This document shows positions 38,101-50,845 of a stretch of DNA of 64,000 bases, piece by piece (the first letter of the stretch is position 1; the number at the start of each line of letters is the position of its first letter). Under the pieces are notes generated by a model that saw only the letters and a program-made list of their open reading frames with translations, was not told the origin of the DNA and searched no databases. The position numbers and the translations under genes were made by a program. The DNA comes from Haliotis rufescens (Eukaryota): positions 47,120,001 through 47,184,000 of the forward strand of contig NW_025964223.1 of NCBI RefSeq assembly GCF_023055435.1, written 5' to 3'.

Positions 38101-41100
38101 TTATTACATACATGACACCACGCATGGCTATTTTCCTTGATAGCAGAAGCGTATCCTAGCACCTATAAGGTCCCTTTTCTCCTGGTGGGTCACATATGTT
38201 ATATAACTCATATATTATAAGAAATAAAGTTTGCTCTACCCCTTTGTGTAGTGTAATAGAATGTAGTTTGCCCTGAACTGTTATAGTTAAAGCATGTGGT
38301 CGCTTATGACAGCTCAAAACAAAACTATATTTAAACTTTATTTCACTACACATATAGGGAAAGCAAACTTTATTACTTTGATTACTTTTCTCTGATGCCA
38401 AAATTTAAGACCACCCTCTTGTTTTATTAGAACTGGGTTTAAAATCAAAACTGTAATGACTTGTGGCGTGAATTGAAAAGCCTCGAACATAGCTAACTGA
38501 CGGGCTCTACCACCTCATTTCCTGCACCTTTAAGTTAAGAGAGCAATTTACGCTTTAAGCATTATAAAACACCACTAATATGTTTAGGTTATTAGTTACA
38601 TATGTCGAATTTCATTATCCATTTGTCCATTGGTTATTCATAATCTCTTGTAGGACATAAGTATAATAAGTGGGATTTAAAATAAAAGTTTTTACATTAA
38701 TTTCCTTCAAATTCATCACATGACTCGAAACATGTCACTGGTGTATTGTTGAGCCGAGCTACCTAGTGTAAACCTCGCCGAAGTTGTCGCTTGTTATTGT
38801 GAGTTGATGTGTTTTCTGACGTAAAACTTTGTTTCCACCACTAATGTTAGCAGACTGCAGCAACTGCAAGCCATGAAATTGTGTGCATACCGAGTTTGTT
38901 GCGCCAATCATGATACCGAAACCGACGTGAATCGACCTGGTCTGGGGCGTGATATGGCGTCGACGTCGGACGAAACATGGCGGAGGAAGAGCAACAGCGG
39001 CCGTTTAGTTTTACTGCTGTATATTGCCCAATGGCCGTACGCTGAGAAACAGGTGTACATGCATGTGGTTATGAAACTTATAAAGGATTGTTCATTCCTT
39101 CGTAAAAAGACAAATATAATTCCTAGGGCACCACCATGCGTATCGGACATGTTTTTATATAATTCTGTTGACACAGTGGTTTGAATATGTGTGGGATAAG
39201 CCTGCGGCATGGGAAATGGTTGACGTCATCATAGTCCAAATCACTATTGGCATCAGGTTTTGTTAACTGTGTATTCATTGATAAATTGATAGTTAACATA
39301 TCAGGAGATAAGACAAGAGATAAATATAATTGATACACTGATACATACCATCAACACGTATCCATACATTAGATCCATTCTGATCATGGTTAGTATAGAC
39401 TATTTCTACTTCGGCAGCTGTTTCCGGCAACACCCTGTTGTATTGGTCCACGTCCACGCTTGTCCAGAGTTGTTTCCCGTCACCTGAGATATTAAGTAAC
39501 CCTATCGTCATCCGCTCTTCTACCAATGTTACTCGTATATTCTGCCCTGTGATCCTAACAACACAGCTGCTGTTCACACCGACACTGCCAGGGAATCCCG
39601 GGGAATGGAGGTACACCGACCCGTTCACTGCTGTTCTGTCAGTGCCCGAACTACACATATCCAAACTGCCTGAAACACAATGCATATGACACGTAGAACA
39701 ACTTATACGTTGAATTTAGTGACTTATGTTGATATGGGTCACACCAAACAAATTCCCCACACGCACGCTTGATTTGGTATTAGCGTCTGGTTTATCAACG
39801 TTGAAATGAAGGGAACTTGAAGCTCATATAATGAAGAATACGAAAGTATTTGTCGACCGATCGGCACTGGATGTATAAGTGTTCAAATGTTCTACGAATT
39901 AGTACCAGGAGAATATCAATCTGAACACAAAACTGTTCACTATTAATCAAGTAGAGGTGTAGGAAGATAGTTTATGAATGTCAGCAGTAGCATATTCGTG
40001 ACAAGTGACGTCAGCGTTCATCTTATGATGTCACCCTTCGATGTTGTTTGTCCTGTGGCCGTCGTTGGCAGGGTGGTTCCATGTCTATCTGTCCCAGGGA
40101 CCTCTTACCCAAGTAGTTGGGATGTAGTCAATGTATTTGAGAACTTGTTCTCCCTCTGAGCTCTCTACGTTGGTGTCAACCCAAACTCTCGATACCATTC
40201 TTTATAAGCATGTAGGGCAGGTGACAACAAACATAGGGAAACGTGGTCTGGCGGTCAATTTCTTAGTTTATACGAACCCTCTAGCATAGCTAATTTCGGG
40301 GTCGGGGACGTTCCATAAAAAAGATAAGGAGAATTTGAAAAATAAGGTCTCCCCAGTTGACCTGCGTGTTCGTTTCCTTTGATCCCAAATTGTGAGGGTA
40401 CCTATATTATATTGATTTCTTTATTTTGATTGGTTAGTGTTCTGTTGAGTGTCGTGTTTGCGGTTTAGAAGATGTTGTATAATTTCTCTTTTTAATGGAT
40501 TGTATTGTGATAAGTAAGTCTACAAGGATTAGAATTGTGTTGTGTTTGGTTGTCTCTGCCTATTTCAAGGCCATATAAATTGCTGAGTTTTCTGCGGTAA
40601 ATATGGATAAGTTGTTTGGGTTTTGTGCTGATGTGATGGCTACATTTGTTTGGGTTGTGTTATTGCGAAGGCTGTTGTGTGGTTTGCCGGGTTATGTGAT
40701 CCGTCTGAGTAGATGTGTGTCAAGTGTGACCAGTGTAAGAACAGTGCCTGTATGAGGAGGTGGGAGGTGATATGAGTAGTTATGTATGACTAGTGTTTTA
40801 CGTTTTTAAGTTTGTGCACTTTACGAAGTTGTTGAGCCGAATGGTGTATGGCAGTCTTCGTCTTTCTACGAAATGAAATTTTACCCACTGATGCTACTGG
40901 CCACAATCTCAATTGGTGTCTTAAAATATATTTTTTAGAGAGCTATGGCCCTTGCTCCGTGCTTTACAACTTAGTGCATACAACGTGAAATGGGTACACG
41001 TTTTCTCTGAAACCACTGAAGTTACAGAATGAAGTTACTCAGAGGCTTTTCTAAGAGATACTCTCATCTCACCTATAAACATCACATATTTAAACTGCAT

Positions 41101-43142
41101 TAAGCTGATTCTCAAAATAACAAAAACAATAAATTGTCATATTCCCCTTTGATAATATGCCTGCAAAAGATATGAAGAGAACCTAGGCTCACTTAATCCG
41201 CAAACCACTCACTATTGTATTACGACCCGTGAAGATGCAGGGTACACAGGTCTTCAGCAACCCATGCTTGCCGTAAAAGGCGAGTATTCTTGTTGCAAGA
41301 GGTGACTAACGGGGATGGGTGGTCAGGCTCGCTGACTTGGTTGATACATGTCATCGTTCCAAATTGCGTGGATCGATGTTCATGATGTCAATCACTGGGT
41401 TGTCTGGTCCAGACTCGATTATTTTATAGACCGCCGTCATAAAGCTGGAATATTGCTGAGTGCGGCGTTAAACAACAAACAAACAAACAAATACACCCCT
41501 ACCAAAATAAATAAGTACATCTTATGAGGTTACCATGCATGTCTGGCTACATCGATTCGACGTAAAGGGAAGAAATGCACGATAGCGTTCTTCGATCTCT
41601 TTTTAACAATAGTTAAGTTATATCACATTCCGCTGCCTGATACAGATAATGTGCGTGCAGACCGTTGGTTAAACCAACGAGCACGTGTTTGGCGCAGACT
41701 GTTTTCAGAAACAGTCATGCAAACCAGGAGTCAAACCCAAGAACACAGAATCATAGGCTTCTCATGACATGCGATTTTCGTCCCAGACTACTGGATTACC
41801 CGCGCCCCCGTTATATAAAATATATTCGAACACTTCAGGCTAGAGGGCTGCAACACCAGAATGCACTTCATCATCCTTACTCCAGGAATCCACATGAAGT
41901 AAAATGTGAATGAATGAATGTATTATTGAATCGGCGACTGACATCATTAAAAGCAATCGATGTTTAATTTACGTCTCACCTTTGATGCAGGTATAATTTA
42001 TTTCAGCAGCAGCATCTGTGACGTTACAGGTAAGGGTGGATGCGGACACGACTTCACGGCATGACTGTTTCCCATTACAGTTGGCGATCAGGCCATTCTG
42101 GCTGCTGTTGTGAACCTTACTGCACGACGCATCATATTTCAGGCGACATGTCGCGGCGTCTCCATCCCCATACGCCTCTTGCTCGACATGTATCCATTCA
42201 CCGGCAGAACACTGAAGCTGTACTGTAAAGGTTCGCGACAACAACTCTATACATCTGTTCCTAGTTCTGGTGTCACCTTTGAATATAATGTAACTCGTTC
42301 AGTGTCAAATATATTTAGCTAAATATGACACAGTCGTAGGTAAATACTACATACATTTGCAATAATCGAGTTGTAAGTAAATAGTTTCTATAAGCGACTT
42401 GAGCAGTAATGTATTTGTGGCATACATAACCGTAATTCTATCTCAAATAAGGCATTACTGTTGAAATCATGAGGTGTTACTATATACCATATTACTGTTA
42501 GTTCGTTTGTGAGCANNNNNNNNNNNNNNNNNNNNNNNNNNNNNNNNNNNNNNNNNNNNNNNNNNNNNNNNNNNNNNNNNNNNNNNNNNNNNNNNNNNNN
42601 NNNNNNNNNNNNNNNNNNNNNNNNNNNNNNNNNNNNNNNNNNNNNCAATCTCGCTGCACTTTACATCAGTGATTTATCGCTAACATTTCTACGTCTAAGA
42701 TTGATTTAGCCTATTGCATCAATGATTCTGAAATGTTTATTGATGTCTGGAATGCGCCTTTGCTATTTTCCACCTTTTGCTATCTTGATAATTTTGTTGT
42801 CCTTACGTGTACATATAAATGCTCTCTGCCTCATGGCATTCATTCACCTGATGAAGGAGTAGGCATATACTCCGAAACGTTGTGTTTCTCATCAAAAAGA
42901 AATTGACATCCATATATTCTCTTCCTTATGTGTACCACTTCTAAATGCCTTTCATAGACCTGATTCTCAGACGATTGTTATTAAATTAATACCTGATTCA
43001 GAGCATTAGATCTAATTCGAAACTAATTATTTTTTTCTCAAAACATGACATGGCTTCAACAAAAATACTCACAGTTAGAAACCGAAACACAATACACACA
43101 TATCACAATGTGTGTCACCCAAAATATATTGTCAGCAAACAT
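32182..43142 (-). CDS. Gene B: type I membrane protein, complement(join(32182..32707,33315..33402,34005..34112,39349..39669,41980..42276,43073..43142)), 469 aa: signal peptide, SUEL/rhamnose-binding-lectin-like, CUB, S/T stalk, TM, Tyr-motif tail
   Basis: GCGCCATG start; exon 1 MFADNIFWVTHIVICVYCVSVSN|GTGAGT. All introns GT-AG with phases 1,1,1,1,2; 1410 nt open. LQCSAGEWIHVEQEAYG...CNGKQSC...INYTC is the SUEL pattern; C...GSVYLHSPGFP...SSCVVRI is the CUB pattern; TM LIVAACAASGGVLTVVVITIVLC followed by RRKQRR. Confidence 0.88.
34647..36130 (+). mobile_element. Full-length Tc1 (DD34E-type) transposon, 1484 bp, disrupted transposase 34919-~35920
   Basis: 27-bp TIR AAC(A/T)GACGTCCAAAAGAAACTTTACCA with TA on both sides. 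MPRLTVEQRERALG start; FTDES, QHDN and SPDMSPIENLWD motifs; frameshift near 35055 and premature TGA at 35821. Confidence 0.95.
36340..36860 (-). repeat. Dispersed repeat, inverted homologue of 26178-26530 and 57320-57520
   Basis: TATTTGCTACTAATCCAATGAGTTGTTACGATGCAGCGTGAAAGATTCAAAC is the reverse complement of ~26187-26240; other blocks also match. Confidence 0.85.
36671..36760 (-). mobile_element. 5'-truncated SINE family A with perfect 13-bp TSD
   Basis: ATATACTTAATGA at 36658-36670 and 36761-36773; the empty site is seen in the homologue near 57405-57420. Confidence 0.92.
37631..37984 (+). mobile_element. Full-length SINE family B with 11-bp TSD
   Basis: A box TGGTCTAGTGG, B box GGTTCGATCCC; TTCAGTACAGA at 37620-37630 and 37985-37995. 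Confidence 0.92.
38007..38196. mobile_element. 190-bp MITE with ~35-bp imperfect TIRs
   Basis: TATGTGACCAACCGTGAGGTAAGGGACCTCATTGGTGC versus the reverse complement of the right end, TATGTGACCCACCAGGAGAAAAGGGACCTTATAGGTGC. Confidence 0.75.
40016..40165 (-). mobile_element. Decayed MULE/Mutator transposase fragment
   Basis: Manual translation KYIDYIPTTWVRGPWDR*TWNHPANDGHRTNNIEG*HHKMN matches the W..WN...RTNNxxEGWH motif. Confidence 0.7.
40350..40760 (-). mobile_element. Decayed RNase H domain of an I/Nimb-type LINE
   Basis: Motifs in order: HIYSDGS, LSIFTAENSAIYMAL, *VPSQFGIKGNEHA. Confidence 0.7.
41224..41490 (+). mobile_element. SINE family C, near-complete copy
   Basis: GACCCGTGAAGAT...GGAATATTGCTGAGTGCGGCGTTAAAC(AAAC)n. 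Confidence 0.85.
42516..42645. other. Assembly gap (N run)
   Basis: 130 N. Confidence 1.
42845..42884 (+). ncRNA. Minimal type I hammerhead ribozyme in a Penelope-like pLTR fragment (to ~42956)
   Basis: CAC-CTGATGA-A-GGAGTA(GGCATA)TACTCC-GAAACGTT-GTG: stem I CAC/GTG, conserved core, 6-bp stem II, palindromic helix III. Confidence 0.75.
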
Positions 43143-43373
43143 GGCGCTCGTGATATTTTTCTTCAGCCCAACACATATGTCACTGCAAGACTTCTTTTCA
43201 ACATAATTCTTCTTTCGTACTGTAATAGGTTGTAATAGATCACGTTAAAGTATGTATGCAAACAAAGAATGAACACCCACCCACAAACCCGTCACCGATA
43301 CGTTTAACAAGAAATTACAACCTATACACAATCCACATGATCCGAAAAGAGACATCGCCCACAATACAACCAA

Positions 43374-43512
43374 NNNNNNNNNNNNNNNNNNNNNNNNNNN
43401 NNNNNNNNNNNNNNNNNNNNNNNNNNNNNNNNNNNNNNNNNNNNNNNNNNNNNNNNNNNNNNNNNNNNNNNNNNNNNNNNNNNNNNNNNNNNNNNNNNNN
43501 NNNNNNNNNNNN
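43374..43512. other. Assembly gap (N run)
   Basis: 139 N. Confidence 1.
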
Positions 43513-43738
43513 CCGAAACCACGGAAATAAGTTCAATTGATTGGGTGTTAGTCATACCCTATCACAATACTATCATCTCTGATCACAACAATGTCAGCAG
43601 GAGATTCGTATCGTAACTATGATTTCGCTTTCATCGCCAATAATCGTACAAAACACATCTTCATGAAATTGTTCACACATGTTAATAACATTGCGACGTT
43701 TTCTTTCAAATACTACAATAAAAAGGATTGGGCATATA

Positions 43739-45213
43739 TACTGAACTGCAAACTAAACGTCACCATGGATAGATATATGAGAAACCTTATTTGTCCAAAC
43801 ACTGTAAACATACTTGAGACATATTAAAAGGATGAAACTTGGCAAAACTGATCATCAAGGTTAAAATTAAAGTGTCAAATGTTATTAAAGTGAAACACAA
43901 CACTATTTTCTGAGAAAATGGCATCACAAGTCGTGTGTCCGCCATGTGCATTGATGACTGCCGTGCAACGTCGATACATTGAATGGATGAGGCTGTTGAT
44001 GTAGGCCATAGTTCAGCTGCAGTTGTCGGCCTTGGTCGGACGTCATGGATCATTCAGCCGTCTTTGAATCTCGTCCAACAGGTGCTCATTGGCATTTAAT
44101 TCGGGATTGAGGTCAGACTACTGCATGGTTCTGATGCCATGGTTCTGCTGAAGGAAGACTCTTGTTGCTCTCGCAGTGTTGGTACGGGCGTTATCATGCT
44201 GAAACTCGTGGTTGCGGCGACGTGCCAAGGTATGGCGTGTGGTCTCAAGACTTGATCAATGTACCGAGCTGCTGTGGCACCATTGCCTCTCCCTGGTTCG
44301 ATGTTCTGGGAGACCACAGGGCCGACCCTCTGTGCAAGACCAATTTCACCCCACACCATGATTCTCGGACCACCCCACGAGTTTCTCTCAACAACACAAG
44401 CATCCGAATAACGTTTCCCACTCTGCCATCTGCTGTTGAGATACAGTAACGGCTCTCGTCTGAGAAGAGGACCACTGCTGTTGGCACCAATGCTGGTGTT
44501 GTGTTGCCCACTAAAGACTGCCCCGGCGATGACGGGTTGTCAGAATGGGTCCTCGGTGTGGCCTGTGACAGTGGAGGTGTTTGCTCGTCAATCGTCGACG
44601 CACGATGTCCGCACTGATGTGTCGTTGATGTGTCCCCATAGTCTGTCGAGCAGTTTCCGCAGCAGTAACAAAGCCATCTTGAAGATGCTGTCGCACAATC
44701 TGACGATCCTGACGTCGGGTGGTGACCCTTGGTCTTCCACTACGTGGTCGGTCATCTGTAGTGTTGGTGGTCTGGTACCGTTGCTGGAGCCTGTATTAGG
44801 TCCTTGCGTGGACTTGAAATGCATTGGCTACTTGCCGGGCGGTTTGTCCACCTTGCAATCGTCCAAGGGCTTGGTGTCGCTGATTTCTTGTCAATCTTGG
44901 CATGTGGTAGCAATTCAATGACGAATGAATGTTATCCGATCTGGGTGGATTTTTAAAGGGCAAGAAATGGGGGAACGAATGTGCATTTCAATTTGCACGG
45001 AACTCACGTGCATCGAGTTACAATGGCCGTTGCCGTAATGCGTTTGGGCGATCGGTTTTATTGTCATCAGCTTTGTTTTTTTATCATCAAATTTCATTTT
45101 GCCGGACAAGGTAATGTTAAATTTTAGAAACTTTGACAAACATTACCCAGATATTTAAATGACAACTTTTCATGCAATGTTACTTGAGGTGACGTTTCGT
45201 TTGCCGTTCATTA
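43739..45213 (-). mobile_element. Degenerate full-length Tc1-type transposon
   Basis: Imperfect TIRs (CTGAACTGCAAACTAAACGTCACC / ATGAACGGCAAACGAAACGTCACC); fragments LFSDESRY, MVWGEIG and TAARYIDQVLRPH in shifting frames. Confidence 0.85.
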
Positions 45214-45297
45214 CATATTCTGTTTCAAATACAAGGCTTCCCCGAATTTCATGAATGCACTTAAAGTCGTGGTTAATTATGCAGGGAACGTTGCATA

Positions 45298-45715
45298 TCT
45301 TTGTTTATTACCTACGAGGGCAACCATATCGAAGTTTATAAAAATCATATGTGCCTAGGGTCATATCACGTCACGAGACAACAGCGTATTGTTTCCGTCA
45401 TCCGGACGGCATTGTTTACGTCATTCGAATCTTATTGTGACGTGAGGTCGGAATAACGTCACACTAGAAACGGCGTCATAGCTTAAGATTGACGGTAATG
45501 TTGACGTCATTCGACAAATTGTGGTTCAGCTGCTGTTGCGACTTGCTGTCCCTGTAGGACCTGAATTCGTTTATGTATGTAGACATCTTTTTCGGTAATA
45601 AATAGAACTGTTTTCATTATATGAGTGTTCGTGATCGTGTCATACTATGTTTACGACACACGCAGTGTAATTAGACACTCGTGTCATAAACATAGCATAC
45701 ATGAACACTCATAAA
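45298..45715. mobile_element. Non-autonomous element with terminal palindrome (45620-45713)
   Basis: TATGAGTGTTC...CTATGTTTACGACAC / GTGTCATAAACATAG...GAACACTCATA hairpin; additional inverted repeat TTGTTTATTACC / GGTAATAAATAG. Confidence 0.5.
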
Positions 45716-48700
45716 ATATCCTCCATTTTGTATATGATCTTTGTTTCCGTGAATCACTTATTTGCATTAATGTGGATGCATTTCAACTGTGGTATTATCA
45801 ACGACACACGTGGCGAAGTGTATGCTGATTTGAGTGGCGACCGTGTTGCCGTACAGTTTCAGGATGCTGGGGAGTTGCCTCCCTTGGATACTATTTTTAA
45901 TGGGTCCACAGCGGGTTTTTTAGGCAAGCTTGCTCAAAACTTTTGCAACGAAGTCACACGCAAGGTAATTATTGTGTCAGTCAGTCTTACCACTTTTCTT
46001 ACTTTGTAAGGCAGATATAAGATGTATTATTGTTCACTTTGTATTGTATTCCCAGCCCACGTGGTTGTTCACTGAGGCTGTCAATACTCGTGACTTGTTA
46101 ATCGTTATCGTAATACGTTTGATAAATACGTGCAGCCTTGTGGCTCATTGTTATCGGGTGTGCCTGTGTGCACCCGACACCGGCGAGAGAAATTGCCTGT
46201 ATGTGTCGTATTCATGTCGTGCTCTCGGCATTTTTGTTTCTTACACGTGGTTGGCGTGAATTGTGAATTGTCCAATGTCTGTATGGGACATTGCGGTATG
46301 TGAATAAACCTCTGTGTACTGAGATTCTTCTTGTGTATTGTATTTAGCAATTTGTTATTTAAGTTTATTATTTGAAACAGAAGCACCGCCACGCACCTGT
46401 CTGGTCACAATACTGGGACTGTAAGCTCTGCCATATTCCAATGATAGGAAGGCTTACACCTTTCACATTCACTGGAAACTTCTAGCTGATTTAAAAATAT
46501 TTTGTAAAGTGCTTATTTCGTTATCCTCATCGGGGATTAATAATGTCAGTCTGGAACAAAAGATGTCAAGGACACCTGCTGACATTGGGACAAACCATGC
46601 GTCCGATCACAGGCACCCACGATAATAAAAGTCTCCCTGGTCTAACGCTACTTGTGTCATCGTCGATCCAATTCATAGAACTGCTGACAATCCTGAAGGA
46701 GATTTTCAGTTCGCTGACGAAGGTCTGTTTGACGTTTCGCGGTGGTTGATGTGATTGGTACACTTCATCCCAAACATATATACGGTTGTTACTAGAATAT
46801 AATATACTTCCAAAACCTTAGCGATTGGCGTCCTCCTCTTTCGCTTTGTTTCGTATTTAATTTGATTTTAATTTGATTTGATTTGATTTGTAAGTGAACG
46901 AGAAACCTATGGCTTATTTATAGTGAGTTTAACCCCTGGACGAGGGTCATCAAACCATGGCTAAGGACCTAAGCATGTAGACAATGTAGTTTAACATTGT
47001 TTTGATGTCTATATTGAAAACGATACACCCAAACACGCTGTTCATAACTACCTACGTTCGAGCAATAAAACACTTAATGAAACACAAATACCCCGATTTA
47101 TAAACAAATGCACCGTTTCTTGTGATGTTAGTATATATTACTTCTACAGACCTTTTTGACGATGTTAGCATCATGGGCGACGACCTGTAGTTTCTTGAGT
47201 TTAATTAGTAACTGCGCATGATGGACAAAGACGGTTCTTTGGAATATGAATAAGTTATTTCGAAGGGAATGTAAAACAACATAACCACATATGTTCAAAG
47301 CTTTGAGAAATAATTCATAACGAAGCAGATAAACCAAATATATCAAGCAGGCGGACTGATCAGGTGATTAAAGAAAGGATTTATTGGAATGTGGATACTA
47401 TGGAACATAACATGGAATATGGAACATATTTTAAACATTTTAGAGAAATAATTAACAAAATAAAGATTATGTATTATACTTTACATGCACATGTACGCTT
47501 TTATTAAGAATACTGGTTGACTGGTGAATATACAGGCGAATAATGGAATAACTACAGGGGTCTGAACTTCCAGCGTGTGTGCTGTCTGTGTGTGTTAATA
47601 AATAGACGGAAAGAGTTAACAAAGGAATGCCCTTCACTGCTAGTTATTGGATCGTAGCTATGTTCGTCACCATGCTCACTTGTATTATGTTGTATTTCAT
47701 CATTATGCCGACTGAGGCCAGAGTACGTTCGTGTTAGTGGTGTCATTAGGATTCATCTTTCCCTAGGAGTTCATAACTAATCTGAAGTTTCAGAATCAGA
47801 TGATCAATTACCATGCAAAATCCTCCTGTATGGCTAGATTACTATGCTGCAGCACATATCACTTGTTGTCAACGTATGATTTCGAATGGTTAACTGTGCA
47901 TGCTAAGTGTCAGTTACACAATGCCTCGCCATTACAAACCATAATTATCGTTACCCTGATAATCGTATTATTTCTTCAATTGCGTTTATTTTTCGCGTTT
48001 CGGTACTTTCATTTACTTTGCAGTGAGGCTATTCTGTGTTTAAGATATTCGCTGATCTGTGTCTATTATGATGAAACAACGATCGTGCTTACTCAAGTTT
48101 TTTTTATGATAATTCACGATAAACCAAGTTGAATAGCATATGCCATATTCTTAATGTCTCTCTTCAGGTTTGGGAAGGGACAGGAATACGGTGATGAAAG
48201 GTTTCCACATATACGTGTTCTGTGTTGTATTATCAGGGACAGTTTGATCCGAATAGAGAATCAGAACAAACGATCTACACCTAATCGAAACAAGCTCGTA
48301 CAAATGAGTTAAACCAAACGATTGACATGTTCTGTTTAAAATACCCACGTCGTTTTACAAATATTTAATTTAATGATTCAAAATGTTATTTTTATCGGAA
48401 AGGTTTACAGTACCATACTTAACATCGCCTTTCATACCCGTTTGACTGAATATTGCAAGTGTGAGACATAAATTCGACTATGTACAACATGAGCATGTAT
48501 CCGCGGAACGTGATGGTGGGGACATGTCTGTTAAGTCCATTATGAGCAATCCTTAACATTCCTAAGTTTAATTGCCAAGATTTCATATTTGTGTCACTGG
48601 CAAAATGTCGCGTCAGTTCACAGAACAAGTAGAAACAGATAATACTGATTTGCTGACAAAGGGTTTATGAATTTATGATATTTAATGAACACTCACCATT

Positions 48701-49602
48701 AAGATAGTTGTGATGTTTACAGGAAAAGTTGCTTCAAAGTATGACACTACATAAATATAAACTTGGCAATAGATTACATCGTGCCACACGTCACAGTGTT
48801 ATCATATCAGGAAAATATTGGATATGCATTTACATATCAATGTAGACGTGCATGTAAATCCAGGAGAAGTATTTGTAAGTATCACAAATAATTGTTCACA
48901 CATTTGCTCGTGTACACCAGGTCTGAACAGTGACTAGCGTCACCTATACATTTAGCATTCTTTAGTTGGCAAATCACAAGTTACAAATCCGGTCTCGCAT
49001 TACTGACAATACTGACGCTGTGTGAATTATATAGTTTCCCTGATCAGTATTAATAGGCAGGTCCACACTTGCAAGGACCCAGTGTCTAATCGTTGACATG
49101 ATTATTTAGATCCCAAAATGTGGGGTCAAAGAGGCTCTCCCATGGCAAAAAAAAGCCAAGCATTTAACAATGTCGTTTTAACATTGTTTTGATTATCGTA
49201 TTTAAAACGATATATAGTTGCTTTAGTAATTGAAATTAAGGATTATGGATAAAGATGCTTCATTGGAATATGGAGACTCGGTTAGGCAAACCAGTGCTTA
49301 CATAGTTCCACGCTGTCGAGTACGATGTCGGACAGAATACACATTATATAAGTATGTGTGTGTGTGCGTGCGTGCGTGCGTGCATGCGTGCGGATTCTGC
49401 GATTGCTGAGAATAACGTTAGATGTTACGCATGTTGTGATCGAATGTCTAAGAATGACCAACAACCAGAAGATACCAGGCGTTTCAAACCCAATCAATCA
49501 TCTTCGGTCATTGAGGTACGCTGTTTCAACTCGACATGGATCCATTTTCCGTTCTCAACACCGAAGCTCTGCTGTAAAGGCTTTTAACTAATCCTTTATA
49601 TG

Positions 49603-50681
49603 TACTCTTCAAAAAAAGAAACTTGACACTGACTTTCAAAATGTAATATAATGCGATTGTTTCAAAATAGGACACAGAAACCATAATTGAAACACTGTTT
49701 GAAGATCAATGTACACAATGTTCAAAACATTAATCATGTCACCTAGACAGACACACGTACACGATACAGTTAATGTCACAGGGGTACAGTACAGTACAAA
49801 TGTCAGTATCGGTTGTGCCCACCACGTGCATCAATCACCGCTTGACACCGACGACCCACAGATGCAACCAAGTTGTCAATAACACGCTGTTGGATGTGCT
49901 GCCATTCATGCTGAAGTGCATCAAGAAGCGCCGGAAGTGTTTGGGGCTGTGGATTCCTTCTGCGAACGCTTCGATCCAACTCGTCCAAAAGATGCTCAAT
50001 CGGGGACAAATCTGGTGACCGGGCTGGCCAAGGTAATGTCTGGATGGTGCTGTAAGAAGTCCTGACAAACACGTGTAATATGCGGTCGAGCGTTGTCCTG
50101 CTGGAACTGTCCGCCATGAACGTTGACGTGAGGAAGAACGTAAGGCTGTAGGATCAAGTCTCTGTAACGCACACCTGTCAATGCACCTGCCACATGCACG
50201 AGAGGCGTCCTACCACCGTGATGAATTCCGGCCCATACCAAGCCACTCCCGCCGCCAAATGGGACAACCTGCTGCACACAGTTGGGGGCGTAACGTTCAC
50301 CCCGACGTCTGTAGACACGTGCGCGCCCTCAGCACGTGTGAGTAGGAAACGGGACTCGTCAGTAAACAGTACATTTCTCCACCTTGCACGTGCCCATCTA
50401 ACCCTCTGTTGGCACCAAAGCAGACGGTCCGCCAGATGACGTGGGGTTAATACATGACGTCAAACAGGTCTTCGTGCAAAAAGTCCAGCCTCCCTCAGTC
50501 CGTTTGATCTCATATTATGCGTACCCAAACGCTACGTTTATGTGCTTTGCATGTGTTTTCGCGAATTATAGACACATCATCTTTCTGTTTGACTTATTTG
50601 GTTCTCATTTAATGTAATTAGTTTAGATATTTGGCAAAAAGTGGTTTTACATCTATGTCAAGTTTCTTTTTTTGAAGAGTA
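49603..50681 (-). mobile_element. Internally deleted Tc1-type transposon (~1.08 kb)
   Basis: Perfect 26-bp TIR TACTCTTCAAAAAAAGAAACTTGACA; motifs FTDES, FQQDNARPH, WPARSPDLSPIEHL and GGHNRY; the N-terminal DNA-binding region is missing. Confidence 0.93.
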
Positions 50682-50695
50682 TAAATTATGTTACC

Positions 50696-50845
50696 AGTTC
50701 TGGTGTTACCTTTGAATATAATGTAAGAGGTTCACTATCAAATATACTTGGCTATAAATACGAAAATGATGCAAAGAGATTACTACATTTTCAGGTAAAT
50801 ACCACATACAATGTGCAATAATCGAGTTGTCATCAAATAGTTTCA
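50696..50845 (-). pseudogene. Relic of a gene B paralogue: intron 1 3' end plus first ~14 nt of the lectin exon
   Basis: Aligns with 42263-42388 (AGTTCTGGTGT.ACCTTTGAATATAATGTAA...GGTAAATAC.ACATACA.T.GCAATAATCGAGTTGT...AAATAGTTTC). Confidence 0.8.

Noticed and set aside
38873-39184. Possible THAP-domain start (MKLCAYRVC...W)
   Set aside because: Only the first Cys pair and a Trp fit; no convincing C-x-x-H-F; not supportable without an HMM search.
39123-39338. Acidic Tyr-containing ORF (DSDLDYDDV) after the CUB exon
   Set aside because: No convincing splice context linking it to gene B; likely chance.
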